DNA of 50,413 nt from Candidatus Nomurabacteria bacterium (lineage in GTDB: Bacteria; Patescibacteriota; Minisyncoccia; Phycocordibacterales; SBAW01). The position numbers and the translations under genes are program-made. Below, one piece after another: positions 20,101 through 29,730 of this stretch (the stretch's first letter is position 1; the number at the start of each line of letters is the position of its first letter). Below the pieces are notes generated by a model, which searched no databases, was not told the DNA's origin, and saw only the letters and a program-made list of their open reading frames with translations. The stretch lies in NCBI GenBank assembly GCA_943356415.1, contig CALREW010000003.1, positions 1 through 50,413 of the forward strand, read 5' to 3'.

Positions 20101-21786
20101 CTAAAATCGAGCGTCCCGCAGCCTACTCGCAATTTCAAAGAGTGTATTTTCGTTCGTGGTAATCGCGATGGTGTGTTGGTTGATGAAGGAGTACAGCAAC
20201 ACCATATCGCCAGCGTCGTTATAAAGAACACGCGCATCGTGATTGCGCACTACTCTGTCGACGAATGAACTTGCGATAATGCGCGGCGTTGTTGTCGCAT
20301 TTGTTTTTTCGTCTGGAAGTTTTGGACGTGGCCGACGATCAAGAAACGGAAGCAAGTCGCTCAGCATCGATGGCTCCCATTCAAGCATTCCGGAAAACGC
20401 TTGTTGGTAGGAGTCAGACTTCACAACAATATAGCCCTGGCTGTTGCCATACACGTGCGTCCCCATAATAAATTCTGGCGAAAGGGCACGTAAAAGTGCC
20501 GGGGGCATACGCGGCGCAACGCGCGACAAAACTTCTTGCGTGGTAGCGAGACGCTTACCCGCTTGCTCTGAATTGTTTGTTGGAGCAGTTTCAACGGTGA
20601 AATAGATTTCTTCCATAAGACCAAGAGACAGCGCCGTTTTATCTCGCAAGTCAGAGAGCGCGCGCATGATTGCTGTGTGATCGAGGCTACCGAGCGGCAG
20701 CTCAACCGAATTATCGACATACAAAATATTCGACGCCTGCACATTGGCTGGAGTATCTACTGGAGGTGGCCCCACATATATATAGAAGGCTGCGACACAA
20801 CCACTAAAGATAAGAAGGATACTTAGTACCCAAAGAATCGTTTTGGTCCACGAAAAGGTGCTACGCGTTGGCTCTTCTTTATAATCGGTTGCGGTGGTGT
20901 GGGTGCGGCGCTCTTCTTCTGCGGCGGCCATGGTAACGAGTGAGGTGCGGTTCGTTTTCACACTCTCCTCTGCGTCAGTTTTGTAGGTACGTAGCGGGTG
21001 GAGTGGCGATGTAACGAGTTCGCGCAGTTGCTCGATGACGGACACGTGCGACTTCGGGGCGCCCGCAATATGCGATACAACCGGCGTGGCTGGTTTTACT
21101 GGTGCAGGTACGGGTATGGAGGTCGCAGATTTAGGCGCCGCAGGATTTTCTGCGAGCACTTTTACTGCGGTCGCTTCTTTCGTAACTCCAGCAACGGATG
21201 CCGCCGCCGGAGAGGCCGCAGCTTTTTCAAGAGACGCAAGAAAAGATGTTGCTTGTGCTGCCTCAACGCTCCGCGGATGAGGTGCCGGTGGTTGGGTGGG
21301 CACCGGCGCTTGGGAGGTCTGTGGTGCGGGCGTCGTTGGTTGTGGTTTTACTGGCGTTTGTAGTGTTGAAGAGACCACTTCAGGATGCATCACAGAAATA
21401 CGCGGGACCACCGGTGTTTCGGTCAACTTTGGTTGAGGCACAGAAACAGGCGCAGCAATAGTCAGAGCAGGAGTTTGAGATACCACAGGTGGAGGAGTCT
21501 CTTTTGTTGATGGCGGCACTGCTGGTTGTTTCGGAGGCTGCGGCGCTTCCGAAGGCACGTGCGGTATTTCACGCAATGGTTGTGCTGCCATAAACGGCGC
21601 GCCTTTTCCTTGAGATCGGACAGAGGCAAGCGCGTCGGCAAGCGAAGGACCTTTTGCAGCAGACGGAGAGCCCGGCAAATGAATATTTTCGCCGAGCTCC
21701 TTTTCGAGGTCTATGGTTTGTTCCGGTTTTGGTGCTTCACCCACGTCTTCACCCGCTTCGTTAGGAGCGGCAGAAACGCTCGGCAT
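20101..21786 (-). CDS. Pro-rich single-pass membrane protein
   Basis: Long Pro-rich region, LRTYKTD motif, TM helix, C-terminal AFSGMLEWE...FVD..VRN.D.R domain; ATG 21786 has AGGAG upstream. Confidence 0.75.
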   Translation of the reverse strand: MPSVSAAPNEAGEDVGEAPKPEQTIDLEKELGENIHLPGSPSAAKGPSLADALASVRSQGKGAPFMAAQPLREIPHVPSEAPQPPKQPAVPPSTKETPPPVVSQTPALTIAAPVSVPQPKLTETPVVPRISVMHPEVVSSTLQTPVKPQPTTPAPQTSQAPVPTQPPAPHPRSVEAAQATSFLASLEKAAASPAAASVAGVTKEATAVKVLAENPAAPKSATSIPVPAPVKPATPVVSHIAGAPKSHVSVIEQLRELVTSPLHPLRTYKTDAEESVKTNRTSLVTMAAAEEERRTHTTATDYKEEPTRSTFSWTKTILWVLSILLIFSGCVAAFYIYVGPPPVDTPANVQASNILYVDNSVELPLGSLDHTAIMRALSDLRDKTALSLGLMEEIYFTVETAPTNNSEQAGKRLATTQEVLSRVAPRMPPALLRALSPEFIMGTHVYGNSQGYIVVKSDSYQQAFSGMLEWEPSMLSDLLPFLDRRPRPKLPDEKTNATTTPRIIASSFVDRVVRNHDARVLYNDAGDMVLLYSFINQHTIAITTNENTLFEIASRLRDARF

Positions 21787-21823
21787 GTCTACCGCGAGCT
21801 CCTCTTCTTCTGCATTTCTACTG

Positions 21824-23995
21824 CTAGGTGCGTTGTTCGGGTCCACGTGGGGTTGGTGGGCGCTCCGAAGGAGTGAGCCCTTTGCGAGACGCAAAGTCCG
21901 GATCAGCCGCTTTTATGGAGAGGTTGATGCGTCCTTTTTCGTCTATCTCCTTAATCATAACGCGGACTCGCTCGCCTATCGAAACCGCCTCACTTATTTT
22001 GTTGACTCGGAAGGGGGCCACTTCAGAGACGTGCACCAATCCTTCAGCGTTTTTTCCGCTCCCTATTCGTACAAAGGCACCAAAATCCATAAGACGCGTC
22101 ACTTCCCCTTCGTACATCTCTCCTGCCTGGTACTCCTTCACGATATCTTCAATCATGGCCTTCGCCTTTGCTGCTGAGCCGTTCGTGCCGGTGATGAATA
22201 TAGAACCGTCATCTTCAATGGTGATGTCAGTGGCGCCTGAGGTGTCGCGGATGCCGTTGATGACTTTGCCACCACCACCGATAACCATGCCTATCTGATC
22301 GGGGCGCACTTTGAGTGTGAGGATTTCTGGCGCGCGCGGACTAATCGCTGGACGAGGAAGTGCAATTTCTTTCTCAATAACTTCCAATATGTGCAAGCGC
22401 GCAAGTTTTGCACCTTCAAGTGCTTCAACCAAAATAGGTACGGGCACGCCGTCTAATTTGATATCCATCTGTACGGCAGTAACCCCCGCTTTTGTCCCAG
22501 CGACCTTAAAGTCCATGTCGCCATATTCATCTTCCGGACCTTGAATATCAGTGAGTACTTTGTACGCGCCTGAAGTATCAAGCATTAGTCCCATTGCGAT
22601 GCCAGCAACCGGAGCTTTGATCGGCACACCGCCATCCATAAGTGCGAGCGTTGACGCGCACACCGAGCCCATAGAAGTTGAGCCGTTTGACGCAAAACAC
22701 TCAGATACCAAGCGGATAGTGTACGGGAATGAGGTTGCTTCAGGCAAAACAGGAACCATCGCTTTTTCTGCGAGCGCACCGTGTCCCACCATTCGACGAT
22801 TCAATCCGCCAACGCGTCCCGTTTCTCCGGCGGAGAATGGCGGGAAGTTGTAGTGGTGCATAAAGCGCTTTTTCTGCGAACGCTCTTCCATGTTGTCTAC
22901 AATCTGTGAGTCGCCAGGGCCGCCAAGCGTGAGTGCGGTAAAGACGTGAGTACCGCCGCGGTAGAAAATGCCTGAGCCGTGGAGTATCGGAGATATCCCA
23001 CCGGCCTTTGCATAGAGCGGACGTACTTCGTCGAAGCGGCGACCGTCGGCACGCTTATTTTCTTTTATAGCCGCATCGTGGATGCAGACGTCGACCTTCT
23101 CTTCATAGAAGCGATTCGCCGGACCTTTCTCTACCTCGGGCAATTTTTCTTTTACTGCCTTGAGCCATTCTTTCTGGAGGACATGTATCGCGTGCTTGCC
23201 GGGCTCGCCACAGATAACGGCGGCGATAAGTTTTTCTGCAAATTCTGTCGCAAAGAGATCAATAAGTGCTTGTGGAAGTTCTGGTTTGACGATTTCTTTT
23301 TTTGCCTTCCCTATCTCTTTCACGATCGATTCCTGCCACGCCTGTAGTTTGTCGTGTTCTGCCGTTGCGAGGGTAAGCGCGTCAACAACCTCAGACTCCT
23401 GTGCCTCCTTTGAGGCGACTTCTATCATATTGATAGTGCGATCGCGTCCGCAGGCGAGAACGTCGAGAGACATTTCACCGGAGAGTCGAGCGACGTACGT
23501 CGGGTTTACCTCAAGTTGGCCGCCTGCTTTGCAACCAATGCGCACCGCAGATACTGGACCTTTCCACGGAATATCAGACGTTGCGAGCGCAAGAGACGCA
23601 GCGTTTACTGCGAGCTGATCTGGATCATCCTCATCTATAGAGAGGACGGTGATAACGACTTGCACCTCGTTTCGTAAGTGGCTATCGAACAGAGGGCGTA
23701 TGGTGCGGTCAACAACGCGACCGGAGAGGATGGCCTCTTCAGACGGACGACCTTCGCGGCGTACAAAACGGGAACCCAGGATTGCTCCCGCGGCATAGAA
23801 ACGTTCTTCGTACTCAACGGAGAGCGGGAAATAGTCGATGTCTTCACGAGTTTTTTCACTCATGACCGCCGTTGCAAGCACCGCCGTATTTCCGTAACGG
23901 AGAATAACCGACCCACTCGCTTGTTCAGCGAGGTCAGTGAACTCTGCGATCATTTTCTTACCCCCAATTTCTATCTCAAAACTTTTTGAGTGCAT
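21824..23995 (-). CDS. pnp: Polyribonucleotide nucleotidyltransferase
   Basis: Two RNase PH domains (FMHHYNFPPFS.GE, SNGSTSMGSVC, GDMDFKVAGT), KH domain (IGMVIGGGG), S1 domain. Confidence 0.97.
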   Translation of the reverse strand: MHSKSFEIEIGGKKMIAEFTDLAEQASGSVILRYGNTAVLATAVMSEKTREDIDYFPLSVEYEERFYAAGAILGSRFVRREGRPSEEAILSGRVVDRTIRPLFDSHLRNEVQVVITVLSIDEDDPDQLAVNAASLALATSDIPWKGPVSAVRIGCKAGGQLEVNPTYVARLSGEMSLDVLACGRDRTINMIEVASKEAQESEVVDALTLATAEHDKLQAWQESIVKEIGKAKKEIVKPELPQALIDLFATEFAEKLIAAVICGEPGKHAIHVLQKEWLKAVKEKLPEVEKGPANRFYEEKVDVCIHDAAIKENKRADGRRFDEVRPLYAKAGGISPILHGSGIFYRGGTHVFTALTLGGPGDSQIVDNMEERSQKKRFMHHYNFPPFSAGETGRVGGLNRRMVGHGALAEKAMVPVLPEATSFPYTIRLVSECFASNGSTSMGSVCASTLALMDGGVPIKAPVAGIAMGLMLDTSGAYKVLTDIQGPEDEYGDMDFKVAGTKAGVTAVQMDIKLDGVPVPILVEALEGAKLARLHILEVIEKEIALPRPAISPRAPEILTLKVRPDQIGMVIGGGGKVINGIRDTSGATDITIEDDGSIFITGTNGSAAKAKAMIEDIVKEYQAGEMYEGEVTRLMDFGAFVRIGSGKNAEGLVHVSEVAPFRVNKISEAVSIGERVRVMIKEIDEKGRINLSIKAADPDFASRKGLTPSERPPTPRGPEQRT

Positions 23996-24159
23996 GTACC
24001 TAATATTGACCCTCAGATTTCAGACCTCCTTTCTTTGAGATCTGTCTACCTAAGGGCCACTTACTACTAATGAGAGAAGTCTAACAAACGACGCCTCTCT
24101 GTACATACCAGTTGCATGTCTACGAGCGCCAGGTAGGCTCAGAGGTGGGAGGTCAGCCC

Positions 24160-24363
24160 ATGTATCAGATCATTTACGCGCTGGCGTTTGTCGGGATACC
24201 ACTCTCCCTCATCGTCCAGCTCGGGCTGTGGGTGTCTGGCAAAAATCCGATCGAGGTCGGAAAGAAGCCTGAGAATCCATGGTTTCGGAATACCGCAGGT
24301 CTGGCCTGCGCGCTGTTGCTACTCGTCGGCTGGGCTATAGCCGACTTCAATCGGGGCCCGTGA
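24160..24363 (+). CDS. Small two-TM hypothetical protein
   Basis: GGAGGT RBS upstream of ATG 24160; followed by a strong hairpin. Confidence 0.6.
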   Translation: MYQIIYALAFVGIPLSLIVQLGLWVSGKNPIEVGKKPENPWFRNTAGLACALLLLVGWAIADFNRGP

Positions 24364-24375
24364 GGGCCGCAAACG

Positions 24376-24423
24376 AAAAACCGGCGCCCCGTCACTGTAC
24401 GTGGGGGCGCCGGTTTCGCGTTT
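24376..24423. terminator. Bidirectional hairpin terminator, copy 1
   Basis: aaaccggcgcccc...ggggcgccggttt between convergent genes. Confidence 0.7.
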
Positions 24424-24449
24424 ATAAAGTGGACAAACCTCTTGGAATA

Positions 24450-25190
24450 TTACAGCGTCTTCCACATAAAGGAGTGCATATTTTTGAAGAGGTCCGCGAT
24501 GTCTTTGTTTTCTATTACGATAGCAGAAAGATCCCGCAGACTTATAAGGGCCACCGTATCTTTGAAGATAAGAACATCAACATTCGAAGAGAACCACTCC
24601 GGCAAGATCTTGGCGCTTCTCCCAGTATCACCGTTTTTGGCCCGTATCTCCGTGATTTTCTTATTGTATTTGCTTCGAAGAAATAAGTCCCGGACTTTCA
24701 TCGCATGCTCGACCACTTCCTTATCGAACTCGTCGTACTCTTCCAGTGAGAATGTTTCGAAGAACACATCGGGCGGGAAGATGGAGTAGGCATCTCCCAC
24801 GGTCTTGAATAGCTCCTCGTATATCTTTTTCATCTCCCGCTTCCCTTCGCGGAACGTGACCTTCGGCTTATTAGTTGCTCGCTCATGCATTTGGGTCATA
24901 TGCGCCACATTTTCTTCAAACATCCGCGCTCGTTTCTTGAAATCGCTGAGCAGTTTCTCAGGCTCATTCGCGGCGTAGTAGGTGCGCTTCCCTACAGGCA
25001 CCCGCACGATGAAGTCCTTTGCAAGCAGCTGCTCCAAGTGCTCGTAGCAGGTTGCGCGCTTGACGCTGGATTCGCGCGCTATTTCAGCGATATCCATGCG
25101 GTTCTTCCCAAGAAGGCACATATAGATAACAGCAGCCTTCTGAGGCAGGCCGACGCCTTCCAGGGCAGCAAGTGGATTAGTTTGTTCCAT
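24450..25190 (-). CDS. TrmB family transcriptional regulator
   Basis: L..VGL...A.IY..LL wHTH, R.TCY..L..L, C-terminal FKNMHSFMW; start ATG 25190. Confidence 0.85.
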   Translation of the reverse strand: MEQTNPLAALEGVGLPQKAAVIYMCLLGKNRMDIAEIARESSVKRATCYEHLEQLLAKDFIVRVPVGKRTYYAANEPEKLLSDFKKRARMFEENVAHMTQMHERATNKPKVTFREGKREMKKIYEELFKTVGDAYSIFPPDVFFETFSLEEYDEFDKEVVEHAMKVRDLFLRSKYNKKITEIRAKNGDTGRSAKILPEWFSSNVDVLIFKDTVALISLRDLSAIVIENKDIADLFKNMHSFMWKTL

Positions 25191-25368
25191 GAGAAGTAGG
25201 ATAAGCGATTTATGAAGAATGTCAATAAAAGCGTCACTATTTATCAATAGATGTCTTAAATAAGCGTTAAAATATAAGCTTTTTATCTATTTTGACGGAA
25301 ATTCAAGCGTATTTTGTAAAACAGTTGCAAAATAATATCAGAGAAAACACACATCCAAGGAGGATGAA

Positions 25369-25578
25369 ATGCAAAGCTCTCTGAAGTCCGCTCTCACTTC
25401 GATCAAGGCCTTTCTATACGAGGTCTTCTGCACCGAAATGCTCATTGTGGTCCTGATAGTTCTTTGTGGAGCGGGCGTCACGGCACATATGTTCTTGCAC
25501 AAGCCTGTGAACCCTTACGCTCCCATTGCCTGCAACAAGGAGTGCCAAGCGGAAAAGGACAAAGGGCCTAAGTGGTGA
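25369..25578 (+). CDS. Small single-TM hypothetical protein
   Basis: AGGAGG RBS, one TM helix, CNKEC in the tail. Confidence 0.65.
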   Translation: MQSSLKSALTSIKAFLYEVFCTEMLIVVLIVLCGAGVTAHMFLHKPVNPYAPIACNKECQAEKDKGPKW

Positions 25579-25586
25579 TTGTGAGC

Positions 25587-25628
25587 AAAAACCGGCACCT
25601 TGTGAGGGGCGCCGGTTTCGCTTTTATT
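25587..25628. terminator. Bidirectional hairpin terminator, copy 2
   Basis: aaaccggcacct...ggggcgccggttt, similar to 24376-24423. Confidence 0.7.
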
Positions 25629-25629
25629 T

Positions 25630-26271
25630 CTACAAGCTTAGTTCATCTCCACTATCAAGGCGTACCGCAGTCTCGCTATTGTCGTCGTCTACAGATGAGT
25701 CAAAACTGTCCGCAGTTTCTTCTGCAGGCTTTGCTGCGCGGGAGCCAAAGAATGAACCGCCGCGATATCCAATAAGGTAGTTGCGAGGGGCTGCCGACAT
25801 GTCGATAAATTCGTCGGCGGCTTCTTTGAGTTTGCTTGAAGACGAGCGTCCGAACGATATCACTTCAACTTGGCACCCAAAGGAATTTTGTAAATAGCGC
25901 ACGAGCGGTACGAAGTCACCGTCGCCTGTTGCGAGTATGACGGTGTCGAGTTTAGGAGCCATTGCCACGGCGTCTATCGCCATGCCCAGATCCCAGTCTG
26001 CTTTTTTCGCACCATCAAGAAAGACTTGGAGGTCTTTAACTTTTGTCTCGATACCTATTTTTGTGAGGGCTTCGAAGAATGCTTTCTCTTCGCCCGACTC
26101 CGTCGAGATAACGTACGCCATAGCGCGGATAAGAACGCGACCCGCAACAGCTTCCTTAACAACGTTTGCGAAATTTACCTTCGCTTTGTAGAGGTTCTTC
26201 GCACTGTGATAGAGATTTTGCGTGTCTATGAACATGCCGACACGCTGGCCTTTGTGTTTTATTACTGCCAT
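25630..26271 (-). CDS. NYN domain (LabA/DUF88) protein
   Basis: FIDTQNLY, KADWD, GDGDF.PL, V.V..F...SS..L...AD.F. Confidence 0.9.
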   Translation of the reverse strand: MAVIKHKGQRVGMFIDTQNLYHSAKNLYKAKVNFANVVKEAVAGRVLIRAMAYVISTESGEEKAFFEALTKIGIETKVKDLQVFLDGAKKADWDLGMAIDAVAMAPKLDTVILATGDGDFVPLVRYLQNSFGCQVEVISFGRSSSSKLKEAADEFIDMSAAPRNYLIGYRGGSFFGSRAAKPAEETADSFDSSVDDDNSETAVRLDSGDELSL

Positions 26272-26439
26272 GTGAATGATGGGCGCTTCCTGATCGAAGC
26301 AAATGCCCTGAGCTTTTAAAAATGAGTAACGGTAGAACGAAAACAAATTGTGAACGTGCCCTCACGTATAAGTATACGCTTTCTATTTATGAAATAGTCT
26401 TTGCTCTGTGACTTACGAGCAATGGCTACGCATGAGCAT

Positions 26440-26560
26440 CCGAAGCGTTAGTTAAGATGCAGTTCGCGAAACGAGCGAGGCTCTGCGCGAGGCGTATCGA
26501 GTATACGATGAGCGCAGAACGCAGCGAGAGACAAAGAAATGCGCCTAACTAACGCTTCGG
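26440..26560. mobile_element. MITE-like element with 15-bp perfect terminal inverted repeats
   Basis: ccgaagcgttagtta (26440-54) / taactaacgcttcgg (26546-60), internal hairpin, abuts the rpsO stop codon. Confidence 0.55.
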
Positions 26561-26827
26561 CTATTTCTTGAGACCGACCTTCTTGAGCAAAGCTGCGTAT
26601 CGCTTCTTGTCTTTGGTCTCGAGATACTTCAAATGAGTGCGGCGATCAGCCACCATCTGCAAAAGTCCGCGACGGCTGTGCTTGTCCTTAAGATGCTTCT
26701 TGAGGTGTTGCGTGAGCTCGTCTATGCGCTTGCTCAATACAGCAACCTGGACCTCCGGAGACCCAGTGTCCTTGTCGTGGACGGCTGCTTCCTTGATGGT
26801 TGCCGTCTTCTTTCGCTTCGTTAACAT
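26561..26827 (-). CDS. rpsO: 30S ribosomal protein S15
   Basis: [30 protein letters not shown]. Confidence 0.97.
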   Translation of the reverse strand: MLTKRKKTATIKEAAVHDKDTGSPEVQVAVLSKRIDELTQHLKKHLKDKHSRRGLLQMVADRRTHLKYLETKDKKRYAALLKKVGLKK

Positions 26828-26895
26828 GGACAGAGTGTAGCACATATTGTGCAATTTTGCAAGCGATGCCCCACCCCATTTTAGGATAGTTAGGA

Positions 26896-27081
26896 GTGTC
26901 GTTGCTGGTATACTTTGCGCATATGTTTTCCGTATCTGGCGCAAGTATGGGAGTAGTGGCTATTATCAATCCAAACCAGCAGGATGTAGTTCTTGTTGGT
27001 TTGTTCACGGTCGCGGCACTCCTCGCATCTTCGTATGTGTGGGATTGGTTTTGCGCACGTTCACCCAGAATGAAACAGTAG
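26896..27081 (+). CDS. Possible small hydrophobic peptide
   Basis: 61-aa ORF with two hydrophobic stretches, ending 4 bp before the CPBP gene; start and RBS are unclear. Confidence 0.4.
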   Translation: MSLLVYFAHMFSVSGASMGVVAIINPNQQDVVLVGLFTVAALLASSYVWDWFCARSPRMKQ

Positions 27082-27085
27082 GTTC

Positions 27086-27886
27086 ATGTTGGAACATCGC
27101 ACCGAGCCGCTGCGTCTCAATATTCGACACCTTCTCTACCCGCTTCTGGTACTATACGCAACCTCGTACGCGCTTCTCCTTCAGCAGAGCTTTCCACCCC
27201 AAAGTCAGGTTCTCCTGATTATCAAACTGGTGGTCGGAGCAGCTATACTCTGCGCGTCGTCATTCTTTCTCCTCAAGAAAAGTGGCAGCAAGGTTCAGTT
27301 TATGCCGCATCGCATCGATTGGACGATGGTTACCTATTGCGTCGTGCTCGCATTGTTTCTTCTGTACTTGTTTGTATGGTTTAACCTAGCACTATTCCCC
27401 GGCGTATATCCCAAAACCATATCGTATTACGGACCGTTTGATATAGTCAGCCCACTGTACCTCCCTATTCTTCTGGCCATGAGCGTGTATGTGCTTGGAG
27501 AGGAACTATTTTTTAAAGGCGTTGCCTATCAATATTTCCGAACGCGGTTGAGTTTTTTGGCAAGCCTCACTGCTGTGACCGGCTTTTTTGCGTGGGCTCA
27601 CATGAATCCCAACCCTCTCCTCGTTGTTGTTTTGGTTATATTCTCTCTTACAACCACGTTACTTTTTATCGTTACGCGCACTTTCTTGTATGGATTTATC
27701 GTGCACGCCGCTCTGGATATTCTTGCAGTTCTCCTTTCGACGCGACAGTTTCACATAATTATGCTTGAAAATTACACGCTCAAACTCTTGGTTCTTACGA
27801 TACTGTGCCTCGGTCTGACCGGATTTTTACTTTTTTCAAAAAGATACAACACGTCAGAGAAAACGCTGAGCGCGTTGCAGGAGTAG
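27086..27886 (+). CDS. CPBP (CAAX/Abi) intramembrane glutamic protease
   Basis: GEELFFKG, FAWAH and HAALD motifs in a polytopic protein. Confidence 0.85.
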   Translation: MLEHRTEPLRLNIRHLLYPLLVLYATSYALLLQQSFPPQSQVLLIIKLVVGAAILCASSFFLLKKSGSKVQFMPHRIDWTMVTYCVVLALFLLYLFVWFNLALFPGVYPKTISYYGPFDIVSPLYLPILLAMSVYVLGEELFFKGVAYQYFRTRLSFLASLTAVTGFFAWAHMNPNPLLVVVLVIFSLTTTLLFIVTRTFLYGFIVHAALDILAVLLSTRQFHIIMLENYTLKLLVLTILCLGLTGFLLFSKRYNTSEKTLSALQE

Positions 27887-27901
27887 ATATTCCGTTCATG
27901 T

Positions 27902-28630
27902 ATGCGGCAAGAGCCGTTCTTGGGGCCTCCAAATAAGAGAGCAGCCACTTGGTACTATAGGCGGGTGAACTGGACCAAACTCAATTCCCTGTTTGATTCG
28001 CCTTTCGGTATATATCGTCATCACAAGAAGTATGCGGAAGGTATCGATACTGCTCCGCTCGTAGAAGAAATAAAAAAGAACGAAGCGTTTTGGTCCGCGA
28101 CTCGAGCTCAAAAAGTAGCAGTGCAACGGGAGACACTCAATATTCCGCTTTTAGTTGCTCGCCCCACTTCCCCCTCGATTCATGTGGACAATGTTCAAGA
28201 AGTTGCCCCCTCTCCGTACTTCAAAGATTTTCCTGCTACGTTGCGCGTACTAGAGCGTTTTGCTGTTGGGCGGAATGCTCGCATATCGCGAGTCAATATT
28301 GTTTCACTCACGCCACGAAAGCCGGTTTATTCCCATATCGATCATGGTCTCTATTACGCACCGCGCGCCAGGTACCATCTCGTAGTTAGTTCGAAAGGGA
28401 GCATCATGACAAACGGAGGTCAGCAGACGTTCTTTAAAGAAGGAGAGATATGGCGTTATAACAACAAAGTTCCGCACGAGTCGTACAACGATTCAGACGA
28501 ACGACGTATTCACGTTATTTTTGATTTATTGCCGAACAGCCATCTGGGCCGCCTCAAGAACCGTTTGCTCTGGATCTATTTCAATATGCGGCCGTACCGC
28601 TTCTTCAAACATCGAACGGTTACTCATTGA
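27902..28630 (+). CDS. Aspartyl/asparaginyl beta-hydroxylase domain protein
   Basis: HID...RYHL...GEIW..NNK.PH...N.S...RIH.IFD. Confidence 0.85.
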   Translation: MRQEPFLGPPNKRAATWYYRRVNWTKLNSLFDSPFGIYRHHKKYAEGIDTAPLVEEIKKNEAFWSATRAQKVAVQRETLNIPLLVARPTSPSIHVDNVQEVAPSPYFKDFPATLRVLERFAVGRNARISRVNIVSLTPRKPVYSHIDHGLYYAPRARYHLVVSSKGSIMTNGGQQTFFKEGEIWRYNNKVPHESYNDSDERRIHVIFDLLPNSHLGRLKNRLLWIYFNMRPYRFFKHRTVTH

Positions 28631-28678
28631 TGCCGCAGCGGACATATATTGTGCGACGTGTGGGGTACAATCGTACTG

Positions 28679-29605
28679 ATGACCCTCGACGATCTCCGAA
28701 GCGAATTTCTTGAACACCTTGAGATAGAGAAAGGCCGTTCTGTTAAGACGGTCGAGAACTACGACCGCTATTTGCGACGCTTTATTGCCTACTCGAAAGC
28801 AAAGGCGCCCAAAGATATCACCGAGCGTTCGGTGCGCGACTTCCGTATGTGGCTTAACCGCCAGAGTGCGCACCCGGGTTCTAAAAAGGCGAACGAGCAA
28901 GAAACGCTCAAACGCAAAACACAAAACTACTACCTGATTGCACTGCGCGCGTTCTTAAAGTTTCTCGCGAAGCGCGGGCACACCTCGCTTAGTCCTGAGA
29001 AAATTGATTTAGCCAAAGTTGGTGACCGTCATCTTGACCTAATTTCTTCACAAGAGCTCTCGCGTCTTATGGCTGCGCCGCAAGGAAGTGGCATGCAAGC
29101 GCTACGAGACCGCGCCATCATGGAATTATTTTTCTCGACCGGCTTGCGCGTGTCGGAACTCTGCGCACTTGATCGCGATATCGACCTTGATCGCGAAGAA
29201 ATGTCCGTGCGCGGCAAGGGAGATAAGGTGCGTGTCGTATTTTTATCCTCTGACGCAAAAAAGTCAGTCAAAGCGTATCTCGACAAGCGGGGTGATATCG
29301 AGGAAGCCCTTTTTATCTCAACAGGAAAAGGTTTTTCTAAAAAAGATGGCGGCCGGCTCACTCCCCGTTCAGTTGAACGCATCATCAAACGCTATGCAGT
29401 AAAGGCTGGCATTACCAAAAAAGTGACACCGCATGTTATTCGCCACAGTTTTGCCACTGACCTACTTGAGAACGGTGCAGACCTCCGCTCAGTACAAGCA
29501 CTCCTCGGTCACGCCAATATCACAACCACCCAGGTCTATACGCACGTAACTGACAAACACCTCCGCGACGTGCACAAGGCCTTTCATGGGAAAAGACGAA
29601 AGTAG
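28679..29605 (+). CDS. XerC/XerD-like tyrosine recombinase
   Basis: TGLRVSEL, GKGDKVR, PHVIRHSFAT.LL.NGADLR.VQ.LLGH..ITTTQVY. Confidence 0.92.
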   Translation: MTLDDLRSEFLEHLEIEKGRSVKTVENYDRYLRRFIAYSKAKAPKDITERSVRDFRMWLNRQSAHPGSKKANEQETLKRKTQNYYLIALRAFLKFLAKRGHTSLSPEKIDLAKVGDRHLDLISSQELSRLMAAPQGSGMQALRDRAIMELFFSTGLRVSELCALDRDIDLDREEMSVRGKGDKVRVVFLSSDAKKSVKAYLDKRGDIEEALFISTGKGFSKKDGGRLTPRSVERIIKRYAVKAGITKKVTPHVIRHSFATDLLENGADLRSVQALLGHANITTTQVYTHVTDKHLRDVHKAFHGKRRK

Positions 29606-29611
29606 AAGTTC

Positions 29612-29634
29612 CCCGCCTGCCTGCCGCAGGCGGG
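29612..29634. repeat. Short REP-like palindrome
   Basis: cccgcctgc-ctgcc-gcaggcggg just after the recombinase stop codon. Confidence 0.5.
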
Positions 29635-29730
29635 ACAAGCGAAGAAAATAGTCTGTATATAGGAAGTGAAAACGCCGCGTTGCCGCGGACGTCAGCACTT
29701 CCCTTCTTGTGGGAAACGCCTTGCGGCGTT

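Noticed and set aside
20049-20237. N-terminal extension of the DksA-like ORF
   Set aside because: It overlaps the upstream gene; ATG 20048 fits the family length.
26828-26944. Extended S15 N-terminus
   Set aside because: ATG 26827 gives the normal 88-aa protein.
28679-29605. Xer-like recombinase as integrase of an island or integron
   Set aside because: It looks like a housekeeping XerC/D, lacks an evident IntI-specific insertion, and no att or attC sites were identified.
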